From Candidatus Nomurabacteria bacterium (GTDB lineage: Bacteria; Patescibacteriota; Minisyncoccia; Phycocordibacterales; UBA9973), in assembly GCA_025361085.1 (NCBI GenBank), contig JANYAX010000018.1, positions 1-57,856 on the forward strand: a stretch of DNA of 57,856 nt, written 5' to 3'. This document shows positions 39,862-48,284 of this stretch, in pieces; position 1 is the first letter of the stretch; the number at the start of each line of letters is the position of its first letter. The notes beneath the pieces are model-generated. The model was not told the DNA's origin. It saw nothing but the letters and a program-made list of their open reading frames with translations, and ran no database searches. The position numbers and the translations under genes were made by a program.

Positions 39862-42800
39862 TTAATCGTTCCCCAACTTCTTAAGTTCAACATCTAACGC
39901 GAGACCTCTTAGATAATTTAGCAATACGTTAAATGATGCTGGAACATTTGGCTCACCGATTGTGTGACCCTTGATAATGGCGTCAAATGTCTGCGAACGA
40001 CCAATGATATCATCAGACTTAATTGTTAACATTTCACGAAGTGTGTAAGCCGCACCATGACCTTCAAGCGCCCAGACCTCCATTTCTCCGAAACGTTGTC
40101 CTCCACCTTGAGCCTTACCACCTAATGGTTGTTGTGTAATTAGAGAGTATGGTCCGATTGAACGCATGTGGAGTTTGTCTTCAACCATGTGGTGCAATTT
40201 GAGCATATACATATAACCAATAGCGATATCTTGGTCAAATGCATCTCCTGTACGGCCATCATATAATGTGACTTTACCACTTTCAGGAAGGCCTGATTTT
40301 ACGAGTTCAGCTTTTATTTCTGGTACAGTCGCAGATGAGAATGGTGGAACGATAGCTTGGTAACCAAGTGTATTTGCAGCATAACCCAAATGCATTTCAA
40401 GAATCTGACCGAGGTTCATACGAGAAGGAACACCGAGCGGAGTAAGTATAATATCGATAGGTGTACCGTCAGCCATGAATGGCATCTCTTCTTCAGGCAA
40501 AATAACTGAGATGACACCTTTGTTACCGTGACGTCCGGCTAGTTTGTCTCCGACAGAAATATTTCTAAGTTGTGCGATTTCAACAACAATTCTTTTTATA
40601 ATACCTGACTCAAGATTGTGTCCTTGATCACGTGAGAATATTTTCACGCCGATAACTCTACCTTGTTTACCGTGTTCAAGTCGTAGTGATGTATCTTTAA
40701 CATCGCGAGCTTTTTCAGTGAAGATAGAACGGAGCAATCTTTCTTCTGGAGTAAGTTCGGTCTCACCTTTTGGAGTGATCTTGCCAACCAAAATATCGTT
40801 TTCTTTTATTTCAGCACCGACAACAATAATTCCATCTTCATCTAAGTCTTTCAATTTATTCTCACCGACGTTTGGAATATCGCGAGTTGTTATTTCTGGT
40901 CCAAGTTTCGTATCACGAACATTACAGATAAATTCTGTAACATAAATGCTTGTAAATTTACTATTCTTCACTAGCTTTTCAGACAAGATGATGGCGTCCT
41001 CGTAGTTTGCACCACCCCATGACATGAATCCAACTAGAACGTTTTGACCAAGAGCAATTTGCCCGTTGTCTGTAGTACTGGTATCTGCAAGTAAATCTCC
41101 TTTCTTTACTTTATCTCCCATAGACACACTTGGTCTCTGGTGGAACATTGAGAAATTGTTTGTACGAGAGAAACTAATAAGTGGATATGTGTGGTCTTTA
41201 TCTTTATCATCTTTAACTGTAATTTTTTTACCATCAACATACGACACAACTCCATTTACTTCAGATATCACTAGACGCCCTGAATCACGACTTGCAAGTT
41301 CTTCCATTCCAGTTGCAACTAAAGGAGCTTCTGGGACAACACAAGGAAGTGCTTGTTTTTGCATGTTACTTCCCATGAGCGTTCGGTGACCCTCATCATG
41401 TTCCAAAAATGGAATCATACTTGTAGCAACAGAGAAGGCTTGGTTTGTAGCGACATCAATAAAATCTATTTCATTTTTAGAAATCATCCCTGGTTTGGTT
41501 TTTAGACGAGCTTCAACTCTATCTTCTAAAATATTTCCTTTTTCATCATAGTCAATACCAGCATGAGCAATATTGTATTTCTCTTCTTCAAGAGCATTTA
41601 AATAAACAACTTCGCTAGTTATCTTTCCATTTTTTACTTTCATGTATGGCGTCTCGATAATTCCAAATTCATTGATTTTTGCGTATGTAGAAAGGTTCAA
41701 GATCAAACCGATGTTTGGCCCTTCAGGAGTGTGTATAGGACAAACTCTTCCATAGTGAGAGGTGTGCACATCACGGACTTCAAGACCTGCACGTTCACGT
41801 GTAAGGCCTCCAGGACCAAGTGCTGACAATCTTCGTAGGTGCTCAAGCTCAGCCATGACGTTTTCTTGGTTCATGAATTGTGATAGTTGGTTGGCGGTAA
41901 AGAATTCTTTGATACGAGCTTGAAGTGGACGTTGATTAATTATTTGAATAGGCATTGTTGTCCCAACATCAATAGTCGACATTCTGTCTTGAATGTTTCT
42001 CTTGATTTGAGCCATACCTGTGCGAAATTTCTGTTGAATCATTTCTCCGACATAACGCACTCGACGTTGACCTAAGTGATCGATGTCGTCAGCTTTTGCA
42101 TGTGGTGTATTATTTAGTAAGACAATGTTCTCTATGATAGTAACAACATCATCAACAGAAATCGTTCGGCGTTCCATTTCTTTATCATCCATATTTTTCT
42201 CAAAACGCTTGTTGAAGCGGAAACGTCCAACTGGTGAGAGGTCATATCTTTCAGCAGAGAATAAAACCTTTATAAATTCACGTGCATTTTCTGATGTTGC
42301 CAAATCACCATCGCGGAGACGCTTGTATATTTCAACAAATGAATCAGCAACATTCTTTGCTGGATCCTTTTCAATAGAAATCTTAACGGCTTTTAAGGCT
42401 TCTTCATTATCACTAAAAACTTTCAAGATAGCTTCATCTTTATCAAGCCCAAGGACTCGAAGAAGTGAGACAATAGAGAATTTGCGTTTCTTATCTACAC
42501 GTACATATATAGCGCCGTCGGTGTCTGATTCAATCTCAATCCAAACTCCACGGGCAGGAATTATTTTTGCTCCGAAATATCTTTTGGTCTTTAATTCTTG
42601 TTCAGTGAAAAATACTCCGAAACTTCTTGTAAGTTGTGGAACGATAACACGTTCTACTCCGTTGATGATGAATGTTCCATGTTTGGTCATTAGCGGAACG
42701 TCTGCCATAAAGATTTCTTGCTCTTTTGAAGTGCCGATACTTTTATTCAAAAGTTTGACGCGAGCTTTTAATCCACCTTCATAAGTTAGCTTGTTGACCT

Positions 42801-43056
42801 TTGTATATTCTTCATCGAATTTTGGTTCAGACAAAGAAAAAGAAGTGAAATCCAATTGGAATTTCTTCTCTGAATAGTCGTTGATCGGTGAAAATTCTTT
42901 GAAAACTTCTTTCAACCCCGACTCAACCAACCAGTTAAAAGAAGTTAATTGATTTTCGATCAAATTTGGGAACGGGATTAATGGCTTCTTATAACGAGCA
43001 AAATACTTCTTCTCACGTGTAGCAGTTTTTTTCATATGATTTTTGGACAAAATCAT
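39862..43056 (-). CDS. rpoB: RNA polymerase beta subunit
   Basis: LSALGPGGL, TPEGPNIGL, GDKLAGRHGNKG, GGQRFGEME. Confidence 0.99.
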   Translation of the reverse strand: MILSKNHMKKTATREKKYFARYKKPLIPFPNLIENQLTSFNWLVESGLKEVFKEFSPINDYSEKKFQLDFTSFSLSEPKFDEEYTKVNKLTYEGGLKARVKLLNKSIGTSKEQEIFMADVPLMTKHGTFIINGVERVIVPQLTRSFGVFFTEQELKTKRYFGAKIIPARGVWIEIESDTDGAIYVRVDKKRKFSIVSLLRVLGLDKDEAILKVFSDNEEALKAVKISIEKDPAKNVADSFVEIYKRLRDGDLATSENAREFIKVLFSAERYDLSPVGRFRFNKRFEKNMDDKEMERRTISVDDVVTIIENIVLLNNTPHAKADDIDHLGQRRVRYVGEMIQQKFRTGMAQIKRNIQDRMSTIDVGTTMPIQIINQRPLQARIKEFFTANQLSQFMNQENVMAELEHLRRLSALGPGGLTRERAGLEVRDVHTSHYGRVCPIHTPEGPNIGLILNLSTYAKINEFGIIETPYMKVKNGKITSEVVYLNALEEEKYNIAHAGIDYDEKGNILEDRVEARLKTKPGMISKNEIDFIDVATNQAFSVATSMIPFLEHDEGHRTLMGSNMQKQALPCVVPEAPLVATGMEELASRDSGRLVISEVNGVVSYVDGKKITVKDDKDKDHTYPLISFSRTNNFSMFHQRPSVSMGDKVKKGDLLADTSTTDNGQIALGQNVLVGFMSWGGANYEDAIILSEKLVKNSKFTSIYVTEFICNVRDTKLGPEITTRDIPNVGENKLKDLDEDGIIVVGAEIKENDILVGKITPKGETELTPEERLLRSIFTEKARDVKDTSLRLEHGKQGRVIGVKIFSRDQGHNLESGIIKRIVVEIAQLRNISVGDKLAGRHGNKGVISVILPEEEMPFMADGTPIDIILTPLGVPSRMNLGQILEMHLGYAANTLGYQAIVPPFSSATVPEIKAELVKSGLPESGKVTLYDGRTGDAFDQDIAIGYMYMLKLHHMVEDKLHMRSIGPYSLITQQPLGGKAQGGGQRFGEMEVWALEGHGAAYTLREMLTIKSDDIIGRSQTFDAIIKGHTIGEPNVPASFNVLLNYLRGLALDVELKKLGND

Positions 43057-43311
43057 ATCGCGCCATTGTCCATTAAAACGCGATACATTAAAAACGAAAA
43101 GACACCAAGGCGACCAAACCTTAGTTTTGTTCTTTATTTATTATTGCTGGCAATATGGTTTTTTAACACAAATATAGTTAAAAACTTAATAAGTTATCGA
43201 TTGATTTGCCATTACTCAATCTGTTCAATCTGGGGGTAATCCTATACTATTCCTACCAAAATGTCAAGCTAATGTAGGTGTCCTCACTATAATAAGTTAT
43301 TTCATAAGATT

Positions 43312-43330
43312 TCACAGGTCTGACCTGTGA
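43312..43330. repeat. REP-like palindrome downstream of RAYT
   Basis: TCACAGGTC-T-GACCTGTGA. Confidence 0.85.
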
Positions 43331-43344
43331 CAATATAAATCTGG

Positions 43345-44037
43345 CTATTGTAGATCATCTTTAACATCAATCCATTTAAATAAATCTTTCACGTGGTTAC
43401 AAATAAAATACTCTGGAGTAAAATTTTTATCTATTATAAGAGCTTGTTTTCTTTCCCTGCCAAAATAATCCTGAAAACTAGAATTCTTGTACTCCCTTAA
43501 ATAATCTTGTGCTTTCTTTTTATCAAGAATTCCCTTTTCCTTCCAATCAGATTGAATTAATTTTATAGGATTTAGGTGAACATACGAAAAAATATAATTA
43601 AAATAATTTTCTTCCCCAATATATCTTGATTTAAATTTACCCTCAAACAAACTTCCTGTCCTTTCATATTTTTTATTAAAATACATCACATATGCAGTAG
43701 AAACTTTCCTCATAAATTCAGTAATTGGATTAATTTCTTTTTCCCATAGGTCTGACCTATGGGAAATTAATACTATGTGGAAATGGTTTGGCATCAATAC
43801 CCACGAAATAACAGAGACAAGACTTTCCCCTCTTTCAAAATCAAAAGCATCAATCTTCGATTCTATTATTGATTCTCTAAAAACAAATTTATTTTCAGAA
43901 TTACAAATATATAAAAGTTTTATAAAACGGTCATAGTCTTCTTCATCCAAAAATATCTCGTGTTTACCATTTCCACGATTATATATATGATAATATTCAT
44001 TTGCTATTAAACTTTTATCTCTAATAGACATACACAT
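43345..44037 (-). CDS. REP-associated tyrosine (Y1/HUH, IS200-like) transposase
   Basis: YYHIYNRG, LMPNHFH (HUH), YFNKKY.R.GSLF, YVHLNP. Confidence 0.92.
   Translation of the reverse strand: MCMSIRDKSLIANEYYHIYNRGNGKHEIFLDEEDYDRFIKLLYICNSENKFVFRESIIESKIDAFDFERGESLVSVISWVLMPNHFHIVLISHRSDLWEKEINPITEFMRKVSTAYVMYFNKKYERTGSLFEGKFKSRYIGEENYFNYIFSYVHLNPIKLIQSDWKEKGILDKKKAQDYLREYKNSSFQDYFGRERKQALIIDKNFTPEYFICNHVKDLFKWIDVKDDLQ
43740..43766. repeat. REP-like palindrome inside the RAYT CDS
   Basis: TTTCCCATAGGTC-T-GACCTATGGGAAA, encodes SHRSDLWE. Confidence 0.85.
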
Positions 44038-44054
44038 AACATTCTATCACGATA

Positions 44055-44093
44055 ATAAATATTCCCATAGGTCTGACCTATGGGAATATTTAT
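44055..44093. repeat. REP-like palindrome upstream of RAYT
   Basis: ATAAATATTCCCATAGGTC-T-GACCTATGGGAATATTTAT. Confidence 0.9.
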
Positions 44094-44136
44094 CCCATTT
44101 ATTTCGTAAACTCCATAGATCATTGTCGCACATGAG

Positions 44137-44583
44137 TTATTTCATTTTAAATGAATTATTAAATTCATTTTTCACTTCGTTATTTTCTCTATTCCAATTT
44201 GTAATTTCATAATAATTCAATACCTCACCAGCTTTCGTTTCTTTGATTTCCTGCGGAATTATTGTATTCATATCAGCCACATAATCAAAACCATTTTCAC
44301 CAATTTTTAATTTGTCTTCGGGTATCACCTCAGAGTCAACAACATAAATATAAACAGGTTCATTTGGGTTAAACAATTGTGGATTTTCGAAGGTGATTTT
44401 ATGTTTTTCGTCATCAAAATTATTTTCTCCATTTGGACAGCAACCCATAGCAAGAGCTCTCCCGTAATCAGGAGTTAAATAAATAGCATTTAAAACTTCA
44501 TCCTTTGGGACCTCGGACATACTCATTGCCTGCTTACGTTCAATCTGAACAAATTTCGCCTTTGATCCATGATATAATCTCAT
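44137..44583 (-). CDS. Hypothetical protein, possible ADP-ribosyltransferase-like fold
   Basis: LYHGS, IYLT.D...A, YIY.V pattern. Confidence 0.6.
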   Translation of the reverse strand: MRLYHGSKAKFVQIERKQAMSMSEVPKDEVLNAIYLTPDYGRALAMGCCPNGENNFDDEKHKITFENPQLFNPNEPVYIYVVDSEVIPEDKLKIGENGFDYVADMNTIIPQEIKETKAGEVLNYYEITNWNRENNEVKNEFNNSFKMK

Positions 44584-44611
44584 AATTATTATTATACAAC
44601 AAATGTAATAA

Positions 44612-45352
44612 TTATTTCCTCTTTTTCCAATTTTCTATGTCTTTGTGATTACCTGAGAGTAAAACTGCAGGCACTTTGTATTTCTTTTTATTGTAGATTA
44701 GAACTTCTGGGCGGGTATAGACTTCACTCGATGACACTCTCTCCTCTTCACGAGAATTAAAATTCCCTAAGACCCCTTCGATTTGTCTTGAGATTGAATC
44801 TACCAAAATCATGGCTGGAATCTCTCCACCAGTCAGAACATAATCCCCTATTGATATTTTTTTTGTTTTCAATATTTTATCGACACGAGCATCGATACCT
44901 TCATAGCGACCACAAATCATAATTATGTCGGTGTATTTTTTCGCGAAAGTTTTGGCTATTTTGGTATCAAATTTTTCTGCGCTTGGAATAAAATTCGCTA
45001 CCAAAATATTTGGGCGGATATTCTGAGAAGATTTTTGAGATCTGGCCATTCGTCCTCCCTTGTCCGAGTACCTTAAAAATTTTTTCAGAATCGAGGCCTG
45101 AGCAAATTCAACTGCTTTAATTATGGGCTCGGCTCGCATAACCATACCAGGGCCACCAGCATAAGGTCTGTCGTCTACTTGCGCTGAAATATTACCATCT
45201 GGCCAGACTTTTTTGTATTTGCCTGTTACAAATTTTCGAGGGTTTACAAATGAGACAGAAATTTTCTTTTCTTTAATCGCCCGCCCCAAAATAGACTCAT
45301 TTAGATATGAATCGAACATCTCTGGGAATAAAGTTATAATGTGAAATTTCAT
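44612..45352 (-). CDS. trmD: tRNA (m1G37) methyltransferase with internal insertion
   Basis: TLFPEMF, VDDRPY.GGPGMV, CGRYEGIDAR, SIGDYVLTGGE, YTRP. Confidence 0.96.
   Translation of the reverse strand: MKFHIITLFPEMFDSYLNESILGRAIKEKKISVSFVNPRKFVTGKYKKVWPDGNISAQVDDRPYAGGPGMVMRAEPIIKAVEFAQASILKKFLRYSDKGGRMARSQKSSQNIRPNILVANFIPSAEKFDTKIAKTFAKKYTDIIMICGRYEGIDARVDKILKTKKISIGDYVLTGGEIPAMILVDSISRQIEGVLGNFNSREEERVSSSEVYTRPEVLIYNKKKYKVPAVLLSGNHKDIENWKKRK
45020..45091. repeat. Palindromic element within trmD
   Basis: Arms ATTCTGAGAAGATTTTT/AAAAATTTTTTCAGAAT around TCTGGC..CGTCCTCCCTTGTCCGAGTAC. Confidence 0.7.
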
Positions 45353-45374
45353 AAAATTACTATATCATATATTA

Positions 45375-45502
45375 TAAAAACAAAGAAAATAGCCCTGTAT
45401 GCGAGGCGCAGGTGAGGATTGCGACCAAGATGTAGTATTTCTACATTGCGGGAGCAACCGGAACCTGCAACAAAGCAGACAGGGCTATTTTCTTTGTTTT
45501 TA
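45375..45502. repeat. 128-bp rod-like interrupted palindrome between khpA and trmD
   Basis: 24-bp perfect terminal arms; inner stems GCAGGT/ACCTGC, TTGC/GCAA, ATGTAG/CTACAT. Confidence 0.8.
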
Positions 45503-45503
45503 C

Positions 45504-45857
45504 TTAGATTCCTTTTAAATCATCTAGCGCTGCGTCAACTGACTTAGATGCTTCACTTGCTGATTGAGTAGCTGGAGCTTGAGCGGCATAACCCTCAGGC
45601 TTACTACCACCTTCTGGTTCATTAATCTTTAGGTTAACACGTGCATTATTCTTCATTCCTATAACTCTTAGAAGTGTTCGAATTGCCTTTGCGGTATTCC
45701 CTTGACGACCAATGATTTTACCCATGTCCGCTGCATTAACTGTCATTGTTATAAGTACGCCCATTTCGTCTACTGTACGGTCGATTTTCACATCATCTGG
45801 ATTATCAACCAATGCTTTTACTATATATTCTAAAAATGCCTTATCATCTGCTTGCAT
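45504..45857 (-). CDS. khpA: KH-domain RNA-binding protein KhpA
   Basis: LVDNPDDV, DMGKIIGRQG.TAKAIR; between rpsP and trmD. Confidence 0.93.
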   Translation of the reverse strand: MQADDKAFLEYIVKALVDNPDDVKIDRTVDEMGVLITMTVNAADMGKIIGRQGNTAKAIRTLLRVIGMKNNARVNLKINEPEGGSKPEGYAAQAPATQSASEASKSVDAALDDLKGI

Positions 45858-45953
45858 ATGTTCTTAATAGTATTATTCTTAATATCTTTGCAGTGTACCG
45901 ACTACAAACTGCTTAGTGTGTATTATATCATAAAATAGTTTCCAAACGCAATA

Positions 45954-45986
45954 AAAACAAAATCCGCCATTGGCGGATTTTGTTTT
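45954..45986. terminator. Terminator-like palindrome after rpsP
   Basis: AAAACAAAATCCGCCA-T-TGGCGGATTTTGTTTT. Confidence 0.7.
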
Positions 45987-46290
45987 ATGATTTCTTAAGT
46001 TCTTTTTTGGCTTTTGTTGGAGATTTCTTTGACAAGACATTTTTCTTTTTTCCTTCAATCACCTTTTGATGAACGAGGAAGTTGTGAATTGTGTCAGACA
46101 CTTGAGCTCCATTTTTCATCCAGTAAGAAATACGATCTTGTTTGAATAATACTTCTCCTTTCTTTAAATTGTATGTGCCAAGAATTTCTTTAAATCTTCC
46201 ACTCTTAGCTGAATTTTTTGAGTCAGTCAAAACAACCCGAAATGCGGCATCATTTTTGCGACCTACTCTTTGTAATCTTATCTTTAACAT
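45985..46290 (-). CDS. rpsP: 30S ribosomal protein S16
   Basis: MLKIRLQRVGRK, GRFKEILGTY, GAQVSDT. Confidence 0.96.
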   Translation of the reverse strand: MLKIRLQRVGRKNDAAFRVVLTDSKNSAKSGRFKEILGTYNLKKGEVLFKQDRISYWMKNGAQVSDTIHNFLVHQKVIEGKKKNVLSKKSPTKAKKELKKS

Positions 46291-46347
46291 AGTTGCCATA
46301 TTACCATAGCTCGATATATTAATCAAGTTTTATGTTATACTCTTGTT

Positions 46348-48282
46348 ATGAAAAAACACACTACAAATAAGGATTTTAACCGACATATAGAAGGAGTCAT
46401 AAATATTTCAAACAAAGGAACTGGAACAGTACGTCTCAACAAGGAGAATCAAACCATAGAAATAGAGCACAATTTTCTAAGAACAGCCTGTCATGGCGAC
46501 ACGGTGGTTTTGTTGATGCACCCAAAAAAGAAAGACGGAACGCTAAGCGGTGAAGTCATCAAAATACTTAATCGCTCTAAAAAAGGTTATGGGGGAATTC
46601 TCGAAAAAGAAAATGATACCTACTTCCTCATCCCTTCTGATTTAAAAATGTATTCAGACATTATTATTCCACAAAACAAATTGGCCGGAGCCGAAATTGG
46701 ACAAAAGATTTTTGTCACAATTACAGATTGGACTGATGCGAAAAAGGCGCCGATCGGTGAAGTAACTAAAGTTCTCGGCATGCCAATGGAGCACAACGCT
46801 GAGATGGAGGCCATCGCTCTTGAGAAAGGATTCAATTCTACTTTCCCTTCAAACATTTTAGAAGAATCACAAAAAGCCTCTCAAATAAAAATATCTGAGA
46901 AAGATATCGAGGAAAGACGTGATATGAGAAAAACTACGACTTTCACAATCGACCCTGAAGATGCGAAAGATTTTGATGATGCAATATCTCTCAAAAAATT
47001 ACCAAATGGAAATTTTGAAGTTGGGATTCATATTGCCGATGTCTCTCATTATGTGAGATTGGGAACAGAATTGGACGTCGAAGCTCGCCGACGCGGTACT
47101 TCGGTCTATCTAGTAGATAGAACGATCCCAATGCTTCCAGAAGAACTTTCGAATGGAATTTGTAGCTTAAACCCAAATGTTGATCGTCTGACTTTCTCTG
47201 TAATTTTTGAGCTCGATAAATCAGGAACCATTCATCACGAATGGTTTGGTAGAACAATAATTCATTCAAACAAAAGATTCACATACGAAGGAGCACAAAA
47301 AATTCTTAATGACAAAAAAGGAATATTCTTTGAAGAACTTTCGACATTAAACAACATTGCTAAAAAACTTCTAAAGAAACGTTTCGACGAAGGAGCTATA
47401 TCGCTCGAGCAAGAAGAAATAAAATTCAAGCTAGATAAAAATGGCGTGCCTATTTCTGTCTATACAAAAGAACGAGATGATACAAATAAACTCATTGAAG
47501 AATTAATGCTTCTTGCTAACCGACAAGTTGCCGAACATATGTCAAAAAAGAAAGACGGAATGCAAGGCGTGTTTTTATACAGAATTCACGATTTCCCAAA
47601 CAAAGAAAAAATTAAAGATTTAGCTACTTTTCTAAAAAGACTTGGTTATAAAGTCAGACTAGTCAATGGAATAATCCCCTCTGAAGAAATAAACGCACTT
47701 GTCCTCAAACTTGAACACAGCCCCATAAAAGATACGATTCACAGTGCGATTATCCGTACTATGGCAAAGGCAATTTATTCTACAAAAAATATCGGGCATT
47801 ACGGACTTGGTTTCAAATATTACACGCACTTCACTTCCCCTATTCGTAGATATCCTGACGTGATAGTCCACAGATTACTTTCAGATTTTATAGAAAATAA
47901 AATTATTCCCAAAGAAAGATGGTTTGAGTATGAGCAAATGAGTCAAGAAGCTTCAAATCGAGAAAAAGAAGCTGCCGAAGCAGAACGCGCATCAATAAAA
48001 TATAAACAGGTTGAATATATGTCTTCACGTATCGGTCAAAAATACGACGGTATAATTACCGGAGTAACTGAGTGGGGTTTGTATGTTGAAGATAAATTAA
48101 CTAAATGCGAGGGGATGGTCAGAATGCGTGACTTGAAAGATGATTATTATACTTTCGACAAAGAAGGAATGAGCATTCGTGGGCAAAAAACACACAGAAA
48201 ATATACACTTGGTGACAGAGTAAAATTTATCGTCAAAAATGCTGATATGAACAAAAAGACAATCGATTACGAATTAAGGTAA
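46348..48282 (+). CDS. rnr: Ribonuclease R
   Basis: TIDPEDAKDFDDA, HIADVS, YTHFTSPIRRYPD, C-terminal S1. Confidence 0.96.
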   Translation: MKKHTTNKDFNRHIEGVINISNKGTGTVRLNKENQTIEIEHNFLRTACHGDTVVLLMHPKKKDGTLSGEVIKILNRSKKGYGGILEKENDTYFLIPSDLKMYSDIIIPQNKLAGAEIGQKIFVTITDWTDAKKAPIGEVTKVLGMPMEHNAEMEAIALEKGFNSTFPSNILEESQKASQIKISEKDIEERRDMRKTTTFTIDPEDAKDFDDAISLKKLPNGNFEVGIHIADVSHYVRLGTELDVEARRRGTSVYLVDRTIPMLPEELSNGICSLNPNVDRLTFSVIFELDKSGTIHHEWFGRTIIHSNKRFTYEGAQKILNDKKGIFFEELSTLNNIAKKLLKKRFDEGAISLEQEEIKFKLDKNGVPISVYTKERDDTNKLIEELMLLANRQVAEHMSKKKDGMQGVFLYRIHDFPNKEKIKDLATFLKRLGYKVRLVNGIIPSEEINALVLKLEHSPIKDTIHSAIIRTMAKAIYSTKNIGHYGLGFKYYTHFTSPIRRYPDVIVHRLLSDFIENKIIPKERWFEYEQMSQEASNREKEAAEAERASIKYKQVEYMSSRIGQKYDGIITGVTEWGLYVEDKLTKCEGMVRMRDLKDDYYTFDKEGMSIRGQKTHRKYTLGDRVKFIVKNADMNKKTIDYELR

Positions 48283-48284
48283 TT

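Noticed and set aside
42083-42784. 233-aa plus-strand ORF and similar shadow ORFs in rpoC, copA, smc, pilM
   Set aside because: Antisense shadows of conserved genes with no motifs
45375-45502. SRP or 6S RNA
   Set aside because: No SRP domain IV GGAA tetraloop motif and no large central bubble; arms look terminator-like
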